A stretch of 63,984 nucleotides of DNA, filler included, from Octopus bimaculoides (GCF_001194135.2; 5 parts of 5 records of this genome joined end to end with filler, not necessarily neighbours in it), one strand, 5' to 3'. Shown: positions 37,957-51,180, numbered from the whole stretch's first letter. The notes: generated by a model not told the origin, from the sequence alone. Made by a program: numbers and translations.

Positions 37957-39224
37957 TGTATGTATGTATGTATTATGTATATTTGGTAAAGTTTCAGTTG
38001 ACAAAGTTGTCATGTAGCAAGCCTGCACTTGTATACTTGTATGTGAATGCACATAGATTGATACCTACACAGGAATACATACATACTCATAGACATTATG
38101 TGCGTGTATGTTAGTGTTCACCCAAGAGGAAGCTTATGTAAAGAACTGTGTCGCATATTTTGAACTGTGATATAGAGAAAAAACTAGAATTGTGTAGACG
38201 AGTGTGTCATTCATAATATATATTGTATGACATTAGTTTTAGTAGAATAGGAGTAACATTACAGCAAAAGTATGCACTGTAAAATTCGAAACTGAAAATC
38301 TGATATACCCAGATCATCAGCTTAGCATGGTTCATTTCATCAGGTTCCATAATTGATTAGGATTAATTAGAAGGAATTTGTTAATATCTACATTTCAGAC
38401 CCTCTTAATTACATTATCATTTGAGGTCATATGTTAATTTCAACTGAAAATATGTCCTCCTTATGATGCAGTATCCTAATCTTGGAAGCATTGATATATA
38501 ATTGTTTTGGTTCTGTATATTCAAAAGAATTGGAAAAGTGCTAATTCCTTTGTTTGTAACTTTTCATATGTTGCTTGTGTTCATTGTGCAATATAAAACT
38601 GACCTTGTTCCTGTGATTGTTGAATAAATTATGGTAATTATAGTTTAATGCTAATGAGTTGGTCAGCAAGCTACTTACCACACAGCCACTCCTGCGCCTA
38701 TTACTAATACTTGCAAACCAACTGACAACAGTCATGTTATTCTATTGTTGGTAGTTTGTGTATTTTCTCCTTTTGGCATTTATATTATTCATGATGTCTT
38801 AAATAATTAATCGATTTTACTCTTAACTAGATTAATTAAAACCACTTTTTGGATTGCAACAGAAGTTTCTCTTCTAGTCTTTTAATGTGATATATATATG
38901 CTTCACACTTGACTAAACTCTCTGTATGTTGGTCAATTTTAAATTTCATTACTGCATCATTGACTTCCATATTCATACTGTTATACATGTGCAGATCATA
39001 TTTCTGTACTTTTTGAGCAATATTGAAATTTGGTGCACATGTTGCCATCAGATCTGAATAGTGATTTTTCTTAATCAAAAAGGCAAATGTTTCACTAGAT
39101 TTCTAAAACTTTTCAATGTTAGAATTTGGTTTATGTTGATCAACATGGTACTTGAACTATATTATATCTGGACTTCAAATCGTCTGCTGAGATGATCTTG
39201 ATAAACTATTTCTTCTTTAAAGCC

Positions 39225-39257
<33 letters not shown>

Positions 39258-39934
39258 TTGATAGATAGGTATACGATGGGTTTCTTTCAGTTTCCATCTA
39301 CCACATCCATTCACAAGGTTTTGGTCGACATAGTAGGCTATAGTAGGTGACACTTGCCCAAAGTGCCACGCAGTGGGACAGAACCCTGAACCATGTGGTT
39401 GGGAAGCAAGATTCTTATCACACACAAATCTATGTGTTTTTTCTCTCTTCCTCTTCCCCCCTCTCTCTTGCTCTCTCTCTCTCTCTCAAATCCTTGTTTT
39501 CATTCCTTTCTACATCACCCACTCTCTGTCTGTCTGATTTAGAATGAAGTCAACTTGAATGTGTTGCTCGTAAATCACAATAAATTGGCCTTCTACAGGT
39601 CTTTATTGATGGAGCACAAATATGTATACATGTTGATTTATTTACAATAACTTTGCTACATGATAAATGTATGTGCATGCATGCATGTGTGTGTGTGTGT
39701 GTTTGTATGTTGTGTAGTGTATGTGTAATGTATGCTGAAAGTGAGAACTGTATTGAATACATGATTACTATGTCAGGAGACTGAAACAAGTATAAGAGTA
39801 TAGCTGGAACATACTGGACAAAGTGTGCAAACAAATTCTTAATGAATTGAGGTTTGGCACTTAGTTGAAGAACAAAATGAAAATTTAGAGTTAATTGTTG
39901 GGCAGCCGTTTCTTGTAATCTTTCATCTTTTATC

Positions 39935-40100
39935 TTTTACTTGTTTTAGTCATTAGACTGTGGCCATGCCGGGGCACTGCTTTGAAGAATTTTTAGTTGA
40001 ATGAATTGAAACGACTAGGTTTTTTTTTAAAGCCTGGTACTTATTTTATCATTTATTTTGCCAAACTGCTAGGTTACNNNNNNNNNNTGGGGGGGGGGGA

Positions 40101-40133
<33 letters not shown>

Positions 40134-40285
40134 CATACATATGCACATGATGGGCCTCTTTCAGTTTCCATCTCTCAAATCCACTCACTAGGCTTTGATT
40201 GGCCCAAGGCTATGGTAGAAGACACCTGCCCAAGGGTCTACACAGTGGGACTGAACCCAGAACCGTGTGGCTGGGAAGCAAACTT
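39935..40285 (-). mobile_element. Full-length SINE family B
   Basis: Reverse complement of the family B consensus, with a small gap inside. Confidence 0.88.
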
Positions 40286-40940
40286 CTTACCACTCAAAGT
40301 GACATTTATTTTCCATGGACCCTCAAAACACTACTGCAGATACCCAATTTACTCTTTTGCTTACGTTGACCCCCAAAAGTCTTACACGGATCATCAGGGG
40401 TCATACGCAACCTGGTCGTGAACCACTAGCATTGTTAAAGGTAGTTAAGGCAGTAGCAGCGGTAGTAGAGGTGGTAGTAGTATCACAGGAATTCACAATT
40501 CAGAAGCAGAAGCAGTGGTTCTGGTGATGGTACCAAGATTAGACAATAACGGTAAACTGACTAAGCAACTTGGAAATGGTAGCAGTAATGGTCAAAGTGA
40601 GTAGCGTTCATGTTGTTGGGTGTAGCAATGTAGGTAATAGTGATGGTGGCGGTTGTGGTGTGTGGGGAGTGGCGGGGGGGGGGCGAAGTGTAGTTACTTG
40701 ATTGAAATATAAGACGAAAGAAAGACAGCTAAGATATCTCATAAGTAGCAGCTTTAAGACGCCTAAAACTCTGTTATCTTTCCATTTCAGATGAAGACTG
40801 GATAAATATAAAAGCTTTCACACACCTTACTCTCTCTCTTCTTCTTTACACACACATATATATATATATATACATACATATATATATTATATGTATACAT
40901 ACATATGTATTATACATATATATATGTATACATATGCATC

Positions 40941-40990
<50 letters not shown>

Positions 40991-41027
40991 GAGAGAGAGA
41001 GAGAAAGTGAGAGAAAGATATATATAT

Positions 41028-41097
<70 letters not shown>

Positions 41098-41573
41098 ATG
41101 TATGCATGCATGTATGTATGTATGGGTGTATGTGAATATGCAAGTGTATATATGTGTATACATACACAAATATATATACACACATGCACATATATGTGTG
41201 TGTGTATATAGACATGCATACAACTGCATGTATATACACATACATGCACACATATGTATGTGCATGTGTGGCTGCATTGAAGACGAGTTAATTAAACATA
41301 TCAAAGACATATATTTAAAGGAAATAAAATACAACTCTAACATATATATATATATAAAAGAGCTTACACACAAAAACACACACACACACACAAACACACA
41401 TATACATATATATACATGTGCGTGTGCGTGCATAGATGCATATGCATAGAAACTTGTGTGTGTATGTGTGACTGTGTCTGTGTCTGGAAAGAAATGCTGT
41501 TTAATTAGATATATTATACAGACTGAACATCTGAAAGAAATGCAGTATGACAATGCTGGATGCATATGTGTGC

Positions 41574-41615
<42 letters not shown>

Positions 41616-41759
41616 ATGTAAAATACATGAAACAGAGAGAAAGAGGGAGGGAAAGGGAGAGAGAGAGGGGTAAGTAGAAGTATTTAAACACGTGACCGTA
41701 TATGTAACGTCTTTTATGGCATAGAAAGAGGTAATGAAGTATGTGGGAGCATGCGGCTG

Positions 41760-42185
41760 CCTGTCTAGTCATTTAGTTCATCTCTTCTCAAGAAGTATGG
41801 ATGAAGGAAAATGTAAGTTTTTGCAGCACGAGATTTAAAGTAACAACAGCAGCAGCGGCAGCAGCAACAGTAGTAGTAGTAGTAGTAGTAGTAGTAGCAG
41901 CAGCAGCAGTGAGAGCTCAACCAAAGAGGAATGTATGGGTCTTCATGTCTTTCAGCCTTGTCCACGAAACAACCTCTTTCGCCACAGCCACCAGGCAAAG
42001 GAAGACTGCCTGGCCTGCCCAATTGGAGAGCAGTGGTGGTGCAGCCATCACTACAGACTCGGCCAACAGACAGATCCGTCCCACACATAACAGTAGCTGT
42101 TCAACATAACCCCCACAAGTCAGCAATGCCCAGACACTGACCGAGGGTGTGCAGAAAGGTCTTGTTACTCTGCCTGCACCCCAGG
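41760..42185 (-). mobile_element. L1/Tx1-like LINE ORF2 C-terminal remnant interrupted by a (GTA/GCA)n microsatellite
   Basis: VEQLLLCVGRICLLAESVVMAAPPLLSNWAGQAVFLCLVAVAKEVVSWTRLK aligns with APPPSLNREGKAVFIILVAMVKECVWWTRAK at 62.15 kb. Confidence 0.75.
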
Positions 42186-44464
42186 CACCATAATTTATTG
42201 ACCCCGAAAGGATGAAAAGCAGAGTTAACCTTGGTGGCATTTGAACTCGGAATACTGTCTGGAGTACTAATGATTCTATCAGCTCACCACCTTAGTAATA
42301 ATAATAATGATGACGATGACGATGATGATAATAATAATAATAATAATAATAATTCATGATGTAATCACAAGCTCTGACATATCTTTATGTTAGTACAATC
42401 AATTATACTGATTGCTAGTTCTTGAACCAATACTTAAAATGATGAAAGACAAGATCACCTTTACTGAATTTTGAACAGGGAATGTAACCAAATGCTGCAA
42501 GGCATTTGTTTTGATATCCTTCTGTCTCTGCCAAATAATGGCTTCTATCATAGCCTCAGGGTCACATATTTTAGAGGAGGTGGTGACAATCAATTCTATC
42601 AACTTCAGTACTTCACTGATTTTTATGAAGCCCAGAAAGAACTGAAGTTGTGTCTATCTCAGTGGAATTTGAACCGTGAATATGACAGAACATAACCAAA
42701 ACACTATGACAAGGTATTTTGTCCAGTGCTGCTTTGATTCATTATCATCATCAGCAGCAGCATCAACATCATCAGCATCAACATCATCAGCATCAACATC
42801 ATCAGCATCTAATGTCTGTTTTTCTTGCTGGTATGGGTTGGAGCTGGCCAGACTCCAATTGTCATGGTTTCTAGAGCTGGATGCCCTTCCTAACGCTAAC
42901 CACTTTACAGAGTGTGCTGGGTACCTTTTACATGCCACTAGCTCCGGTGCATTTATGCGGTACCAGCACTTGCAAAGGACTGGCCTGTATGTATGGATGA
43001 CAGCAATTTTATTTAGCTCGACACATCTTTTCAAGCACAACAAATCACCAATAGTAATCCTTAAAACAATTTCAATGGTTTCTGATTTACAGACAAGGTT
43101 GATAATTTTCAGGGTAGGGGTTTAGTTGATGCCATTGATCCCAGGACATGGTCGATACTTTATTTTAACAAGCTAAGAGAGATGAAAGATGAATTCAACT
43201 TCAATGGTGTTTGAACCCAGAGGGTGAAGAGCTGGAAAAAATACAACTCATTTTCCCCAGTACTCTAACCATGTGGCTAATCCATTGTCCTTTATGATAA
43301 TTGTTTATTATTTACATCCCCCTGTCAATCCGTCCAACCCATGCCAGCATGGAAAACAGATCTTAAATGATGATGATGATGATGATGTGCAAGTCTAGTA
43401 ATTTTTGGAGAAGTGTTACTCAGTCAAATCATTGGTGCCACGTAAAAAGAGCCCATGCTGGTGCCATGTCAAAGCACTCGCGCTCATGGCACATAAGTGG
43501 CACTTGTGCTAGTGCCACATATGAAGCATCTGTACAGGTGCCACATAAAAGGTACCCAGTACACTCTGTAAAGTGGTTGGCATTAGGAAGAGCATCTATC
43601 TGGCCATAAAAACAATATCAAAACAGAAAATTGGAGCCTGGTCAGCTCAAATTGTCCAACCCATGCCAGCATGGAAAAAACTTGCATTAAATGATGATGT
43701 TGATGATGACAATGATGATGATGATGATGATGAACAGCACTCGATTGATATTATATCTGATTAATTCACGAAGGATGAAGGGCAAAGCTGACCTCAGCAG
43801 GATTTGAACTCAAGGCATAAAAAAACCTTAAATAAATATCACAAGGCATTTTGTCCAATGCTGCAACCATTCTGCCTTTTCTCCACCCTAATAACAATAA
43901 AGTTCTGAAAGTGTATGTGAAAGTGGGAGGAAAAACTGACCATGAACTGGGTTGTAAATATTTTAAAATCAATAAAAAGGCCTGTATATTGTGAAGATAA
44001 AAATCATGTACTTTTATATGAATGCTTAAATCTGCTATAAAAGTAGCCATTATTTTATATACTCTCTTCTTCTTCTTCTTCTTATATGTGTAGTGTGTGT
44101 GTGGAAATTTCCCCAATATGATGAGAAATATCTATCTTTCGGGCATGACTGTATGGTAAGAAGTTGGCTCCTCAACCATATGGTTCTAGGTTCGGTTCCA
44201 CTGCATGGCACCTTCAATAAATGTCTTCTGTGATAGCCCTAGGCCAACTGAAGCCATCTGAATGGATTTGGTAGACAAAAACTGAAAGAAGCTCCATTTA
44301 AACATACATACTTATATTTGTGAAGGAAACAATTAAAAGATATATATTTCACCTCATTTCATCTTCATCTGAAAAAGTTCAAGTTATTTGGAGATTGATA
44401 CCCTACCAATCATATCTGACCAAAAATACACCCACTTTCAAAGGCACTTACACACACACACACA

Positions 44465-44684
44465 CATGAGAAAGTACTAAAAAGTTCCTGGCTTTAAGGG
44501 CATCACAAAAGGCCTGGTTGGAAGCCCAACCTTCTAATTTCTTGTACAGGGTTTAGGAAAACTAAAGGAACTCTGCAATAAGAGTGTGAATCTGAGAGGG
44601 AGATATGTTGAATGAAATCATAATTGACTGATCCTCCTGTATTTTCTTGTATCCAATGCCCAAAACATTTCAGCACTCCCTCGT
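44465..44684 (+). mobile_element. Mariner-derived MITE with TIRs and a transposase C-terminal remnant
   Basis: Ends atgagaaagtactaaaaagttcctgg and ccaaaacatttcagcactccctcgtg are degenerate inverted repeats. The interior reads GLGKLKELCNKSVNLRGRYVE-stop (mariner G-x-YVE end). Confidence 0.8.
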
Positions 44685-44694
44685 GTGTATGCAC

Positions 44695-44739
<45 letters not shown>

Positions 44740-44740
<1 letters not shown>

Positions 44741-45180
44741 AAGTCTGGGGAGTTAGGTGGCCAGACGTTAGGGGTGATGTGGCCACAGAAATTGTCTCAC
44801 GGCCATGACTGGGTTCTCCTGCTTGTGCGGCATGGTGCAGAGTCCTGTTGCAAGACATAGGGTTTCCAGCAGCCACCCACTTGACCCAGGACAGCACTAC
44901 CTCTTCCAGACACTTGATGCAGGCCTCTGTGTTGAGTCTGAGGCTGTGTGGAAAGATGAATTTTGACTGGATGTTTGATTTTTATCACTCTCGGTAAATG
45001 TTTTGGTATTTTTTGCACTCTTGGTATAAGCCAACAGTTGTTCTGTGTGTTCACCATCTGTTCATATTGGAGTTTCCAGTGATTGCAAATGCCAAGCAGT
45101 ACAGCATGTAGTTTCCAAATTTCTGGCAGAGTGAATCGTGTCATGGTGCTGTTTTCCTCACAGATGGTGCCCAACTGACC
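44740..45180 (-). mobile_element. Tc1/mariner-superfamily transposase fragment (maT/DD37D-like)
   Basis: KPYVLQQDSAPCRTSRRTQSW...NVWPPNSPDF matches the QQDxAPxH and WPPxSPD motifs. Confidence 0.82.
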
Positions 45181-45285
45181 CTACTATACTGTGTAGTCAA
45201 CAAAATCAAAAATAAACAATGTACATGCATGAAATTAAAAATATAAAATGGCAACAATTTACCCATCGTACCTAGCATATATATA

Positions 45286-45333
<48 letters not shown>

Positions 45334-46087
45334 CACCCAAGCACACTTGCATACACAGTGCTGTTTTAAGGCTGGAGCACATTGGACAGTTGCTAGGAGC
45401 AGCACCACAGGTCAAGGAGTGCAAAGCTAATCTATGTATGCTGTGATTTGATCTCAATAAATAAATTCTATAGGTCCTGGCGCATTGCTTTGCTCAATAT
45501 TTCATTTTCCATTATGAGAACACACAGAGACATTTTCACACACATGTACCATCCCATTCACTTGCTCACTCACAAATACAGTTATACACTCTTTCAAGTA
45601 CTAACACGCATACATTTGCACACTCTCTCTCAATCACTAACATACTAAACACACATTTGTACACTCTCATCTAGTCACTAATACATGCATAAATTCATAC
45701 ACTGTTTGGCAACCACTAACGCATACTAATGCTCACTGACATACTAACACATATTCGCACGCTTCTGCATACAACCCAAAACCCAAAATGGTTTATTGCA
45801 TCTTCATAGTTCTACTTTCACTTTAATTAATTACTATTAGAAAATTTCCATTTCAAAAGTTACTTCTGAGATAGATGTTTATGTTTATGTGTCTTTAATT
45901 AATACTGTAAAAATATTAATTTATCAAATTTAATAAGCTAATAAATTAATGCCTGATTAATTCATTAATTCATTGATCAAGTTTTTAATCATCATACCAA
46001 AATGTTTAGAATAAAAAAAATATAAACAGACAAAAAAGCAGAAAAGAGCAGATGTCCCAAACATCCGGAAGCCAATGTGTAGCTTAC

Positions 46088-46138
46088 CAGAAAGCATTAG
46101 TCTAAAGTTAGACACATCTGCTTTGGCACTAGTTGTAG
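46088..46138 (-). CDS. Candidate small internal exon of an unidentified minus-strand gene
   Basis: Acceptor attatctctcaag, donor TG|gtaagc, 51 nt, open in phase 1 (TTSAKADVSNFRLMLS). It is phase-compatible with candidates at 47129-47187 and 54111-54163. Confidence 0.22.
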
Positions 46139-46714
46139 CTTGAGAGATAATAATGGTAGTTGTAATGGTACTGGTAAAAGTAAGTAATGATTTAAAATGT
46201 TGGTATAAGGCCAATTAATTCAGGGGAGTGGGTACGTCGATTACATCAACCTCAGTGTTCAGTTGGTATTTTATTTTATCGACCTCAAAAGGATGAAAGG
46301 CAATGTCGACCTCGATGGCATTTGAACTCAGAATGTAAAGGCAGAAGAAATGCTGCTATGCATTTTTCCCAGTGTTGTAATGATTCAGCCACCTCATTAC
46401 TCTAGGTAATAGTAGTAATTGGTAGAAGTTATAATAGCTGGTGAATAGTAGTTGTGGTGGTGGTGATGGTGGGGGTGGCAAAAGCAGTGGTGGCAATGGC
46501 AGTCGTAGAGGTGGCAGTGGTGGTGGTGATAGTAATGTAGTTGGGTTATTTGCAATGGTTGTATTAGTGTCCAGCAGTAACAGTAGCAGTGGTCATCATT
46601 GTCAATGTTGGTCATTGCAATTGTCACAATAGTCACAATTAACAATTGGTGACTAACTAACTATGAAATTACAATTGCTGCGAACATTACTCTACCAGAA
46701 ACACTAACAGAAGT

Positions 46715-46788
46715 GCAACAATTACTTTCGATTGCCATGTTGGTGGGACAAACACAGACACACAAAAACACACACAAACACAAATATA

Positions 46789-46825
<37 letters not shown>

Positions 46826-46988
46826 GACAGGCTTCTTTCAGTTTCTGTCTACTAAAATCCACTCACAAGGCTTTGGTCAGCCCGAGGCTATAGTAGAAGA
46901 CACTTGCCCAAGGTGCCATGCAGTGGGACTGAACCCAAAACTATGTGGTTGGTAAGCAAGCTACTTACCACACAGCCACTCTTGCGCA
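46715..46988 (-). mobile_element. SINE family B
   Basis: Reverse family B head and CORE-like segment. Confidence 0.88.
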
Positions 46989-47128
46989 GGGGTCCTGGAT
47001 GGACGGACAGACAGAATTTCTTGTATTTTTTATTATAGAGATGTCCTTTCTTTATATAAGACAGTAAAGGTGGTTCTAGATTGAATGATATTTGGCTGGT
47101 TATTGTGTTGAGGATAGAATGCTCATAC

Positions 47129-47187
47129 AAAGACTCTTTCGTTGGCTAACAGGCATGTTGTTTTTGAGTGAAAAGGACCATAAGAAT
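47129..47187 (-). CDS. Candidate internal exon of an unidentified minus-strand gene
   Basis: Strong acceptor caattctctctcttttacag, donor TT|gtatga, 59 nt, open in phase 2 (FLWSFSLKNNMPVSQRKSL). Confidence 0.22.
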
Positions 47188-47499
47188 CTGTAAAAGAGAG
47201 AGAATTGTAGATGTAGTTCAGCCTCTTTAGTGTAAGCTCCATTAATCCTATTTAACAAATTCTTTGTAATCTTTAACATTGAAATTAAAATCACATGTTT
47301 CAAGATTTAAATCTTAAGACTACATTCTGCAACAATAAATATGGCATGAGTTACCAAATAGGAAAATGGTGCTCGGTGCAATCAACTGTGGCTTAGCGTT
47401 CCTCCTCTGGTCATGTCGAAGAAAAAGTTGACTGATCTTATTTAACTACATTAAGAACAATAGAGAACCAACAAAGCTATCTGACCTGCTTCATATGAC

Positions 47500-48110
47500 A
47501 GTCCCCACCACCAAACCACCACCACCACCACCACCACCACTACTATAACCTCTACATCAACCTCCACAATCTGCATTCTCACTTCTACCATAAACACAAA
47601 TAACACTACAACATTGTAACACCACCATCTGATCATCATCACCACCTCCACCACCACCACCACTACCACCACCACTACTATAACCTCTACATCAACCACC
47701 ACAATCTGCCCTCTCACTTCTACCATAAAAACTAATAAAACTACAACATTGTAACACCACCACCATCTTATCATCACCACCACCTCCTCCACTATTACCA
47801 TCACCACCACCACCACTACTACCACCTCTACATCAACCTCCACAATCCGCACTCTCACTTCTACCATAGGCACTAATAACACTACAACATTGTAACACCA
47901 CCACCATCTCATCATCACCACCACCTCCTCCACTACTACCATCACCACCACCACCACTACTACCACCTCTACATCAACCTCCACAATCCTCACTCTCACT
48001 TCTACCATAGACACTAATAACACTACAACATTGTAACACCACCACCATCTCATCACCACCACCACCACCACCACCATGACCACCACCACCATCATGTCAT
48101 CACCACCAAA
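47500..48110. repeat. Minisatellite, 4 units of ~135-141 bp built on (ACC)n
   Basis: acattgtaac landmark at 47611, 47746, 47887 and 48028. Explains the 249-aa Val-rich pseudo-ORF. Confidence 0.9.
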
Positions 48111-48762
48111 GCAATTCTCCATCGCCAGCAACAGCAGCAGTAACGAGAATATAAGGTGACAATAAATTCTGTCTCTTCCTTCCCGACAATGATTATTCAC
48201 TGCTAAGGAAGCAGTGAGCTGAAGAAGTGATTAAAGACACCAAAGAAATTGCAAGATTGTGATAGAATTATCCAGAATATAATTTCTGACGCTCAACTAC
48301 AATAAAATCTAATATATTCTATCTATTGATCTGTAAACCCTCTACCTCCATCCAGCCTCACCCACTACTTCTGTCTCTCTGTTTGTCTTTCAATATTCTT
48401 ATTCTCTCTAACTTCACCTATATGCATGATGGATTGTTTTGTTTATATACATTTGTGTGTGTGTGTGTGTGTATGTATGTGTGTGTGTGTGTTTGTGTGT
48501 GTATGCATGTATGTAGGTATGAATGTGAATGTATCTGTTTGTCTCTGTGTCTCTTCTCTCTGTCTATATATCTATATGTATGCATGTATATATGTTTGTA
48601 AGTATGTATCACAGTATCACATAGTATCAACCAGACAATTGGATATAGTTATACATCACTCGTCATTATGTGCTTCTCATTGTGTTAGACTTCAAATGAA
48701 GCCACCTCACTGGTTAGGCAACAAGGCCAATATGCATTTATATATAGACATACACACATACA

Positions 48763-48837
<75 letters not shown>

Positions 48838-48899
48838 GCTTATGTGCATGTGTAAGTGTTGTTTTAATATTTAATATTTTCTGCAAGTATTCTATACCA

Positions 48900-48932
<33 letters not shown>

Positions 48933-48944
48933 GTGCGGTGAGTA

Positions 48945-49310
48945 GAGGTTAATTAACCATGCAAAAACCTGTATCAGAAATAGTTAACAAGCAAAATTCT
49001 AGAAGTTTTCTTGAAGTAAACATGCGATAACTACTTCATTATGGAACAACAGTTCAGAAGTATTAGAATGGCTTCACGAAGTTCTTGAGAATCAACAGTG
49101 TAAGTTTACATGGTTTGACATCACTGATTTTTATCCTTCTTTCGCTTAACTAATTCTCAAAGCTTTGGCCCTTTTATATATCAGCCTATCAATAAACAAA
49201 TCCAGCATTGATATAATTGAGCATGCAAGGAAATAGCCCTTAACTGTTTTGCCATGTTTATTATTTTCACCTGGGAATTATTTATTCCTCCTGGGTAAAA
49301 AGTAAAGAGG
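48945..49310 (+). mobile_element. Penelope-like element reverse transcriptase fragment
   Basis: LINHAK...WNNSSEVLEW...CKFTWFDITDFYPSF...KAL...IDIIEHARK matches the PLE RT motifs INPAK, FDI-x-x-FYPS and II-x-HARK. Confidence 0.8.
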
Positions 49311-49359
49311 TATTTGCTTTAATTTTACATTGCTTTCTTTTAACATTGAAATAAGTACG

Positions 49360-49670
49360 TTGTTTAGTGGCTAAGGTATTAGGCTTACGATTGTCAGGTT
49401 GAGGGTTCAATTCCCAGTGATGTATTTTGCCCTTCAACAAGACACTTTATCTCACATCGTTCCACTCCACTTAACTGGCAAAAATGAGTTATACCTGTAT
49501 TTCAAAAGGGCCAGCCTTGTCACACTCTGTGTCACGCTGAATCTCCCTGAGAACTACATTAAGGGTACTTGTGTTTGTGGTGTGCTCAGCCACTTGTATG
49601 TTAATTTCATGAGCAGGCTGTTCTGTTAACCAGATCAACTGCAAACCTCATCATAACTGACAAAGTGCCA
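49360..49670 (+). mobile_element. SINE family C, near full length
   Basis: Homologous to 28360-28680. Confidence 0.88.
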
Positions 49671-49816
49671 GTAGAAGAAGCCATTGAAATCAAGTAGGTG
49701 CATCAACCAAAACAAACAGTATTATAAATCCACCTCAGAGAGGTACTTGTCATATATTTTCAATACCTACACTTAAGAGCATGTAGAGATACTTAACCCC
49801 ACTGTTATCTGATATC

Positions 49817-49947
49817 TACAGGGTGTCCACAAGGTCTGGGTACATGGAGTAAATAAAATCATAACATAAACAATTAAATATAAGAAATAATAATTTCTTA
49901 AAGTATGTGTTAATCCCCATGTACCCAGACTTTGTGGACAGTCTGCA
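49817..49947. mobile_element. Tc1/mariner-type MITE (~130 bp) with ~28 bp TIRs
   Basis: tacagggtgtccacaaggtctgggtacatgg vs ccatgtacccagactttgtggacagtctgca; TA on the left flank. Confidence 0.85.
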
Positions 49948-50066
49948 GTTATCTAATACCTAATGTGAAACCAACTGGTAAGATTGGATGAAATGGATCA
50001 AAAATACTGTATACTTTCATTAAAATGTTTTTTATATCTGTATAAGTATGTATGTGTGTATGTATA

Positions 50067-50109
<43 letters not shown>

Positions 50110-50400
50110 CAAAGAATATATATACATGTATACACACATATATGTACATACTTACATCTACATGTGTATATACATGCATATCAGGGTACAGGACGTTAGA
50201 ACAATAAACTACAGACAACGGAACGAACACATAGGAAAACGGAAAGCCACTTGGAATATCCCTTCATCAGCTGTCTCTATTCTATCTAGACGTTTCGAAG
50301 NNNNNNNNNNNNNNNNNNNNNNNNNNNNNNNNNNNNNNNNNNNNTTAATTAATTAANNNNNNNNNNNNNNNNNNNNNNNNNNNNNNNNNNNNNNNNNNNN

Positions 50401-50434
<34 letters not shown>

Positions 50435-50494
50435 TTGTGCGTGTGTTTAAAGATACATATAAATATATATATTTATATATATAAAGTCACACAC

Positions 50495-50550
<56 letters not shown>

Positions 50551-50689
50551 GAATACATGTGGCAGTGTTGTAACAAGTTTGCTCCCTAACCACAAGGTTC
50601 TGAATTAAAGTCCCAGTGCAAGGTGCCTTGGAACAATGTCTTATTGTCTAGCCCCTCAGGACGAGCAAACCCTTGTGATAGGTATTTTA

Positions 50690-51180
50690 GTTGTCAGGAT
50701 CATAGGTATGGACCCATGTTTCATCCTATGTGGTAAGTCTGCCGAATATGTCCTCCTCGTTTTCTTAGCACATTGCCAAAAGAGCCTGGGAGCAATTGAC
50801 TCGTTTCTGCATCTGAAAAGGGGTGAGCATCCGGAGAATCCATCGTGCAGACAGGTTTCGCATGTGAAAATTGTCGTAAATGATTTTTCCCACTTGTCTT
50901 CAACATTTGCGCCAGTTTGCCGAATAGTGATGCGGCGATCTTCCAAACAGCAGCTTCCAATTTATGGATGGTGTCGTCAACTATGGCGAAATGTAGCCGC
51001 ACAGGAATAGGAGCAGTTTCCACCAATGTCCGACCAGTTTTGAACTGGCGATGCCTGTGTTTGAATACCTCGTGTGTTGGTGCATCTTCACCATAACTTC
51101 TTTCATCTCATGAAAAGTCTTCTTTGATGGACGAACCTTTCAAATATAAGAACCTGATTGCTGATCTATGATCAACTGCC
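50690..51180 (-). mobile_element. Decayed mariner (DD34D) transposase, N-terminal half
   Basis: YGEDAP...HRQFKTGR...EDRRITIRQ...DETWVHTYDP. Frameshifted. Confidence 0.85.

Noticed and set aside
40846-41772. 308-aa ORF rich in Y/I/H/T/C/V
   Set aside because: Translation of (TA)n/(CA)n/(CATA)n simple repeats.
46888-47130. ORF YEHSILNTITSQ...KKYKKFCLSVHPG
   Set aside because: Its 3' part is a Helitron-like start motif (tctataataaaa...tctgtctgtcc) running into a SINE.
47451-48200. 249-aa Val/Trp-rich membrane-like ORF
   Set aside because: Reverse reading of an (ACC)n-based minisatellite, which lacks stops by composition; no start context or homology.
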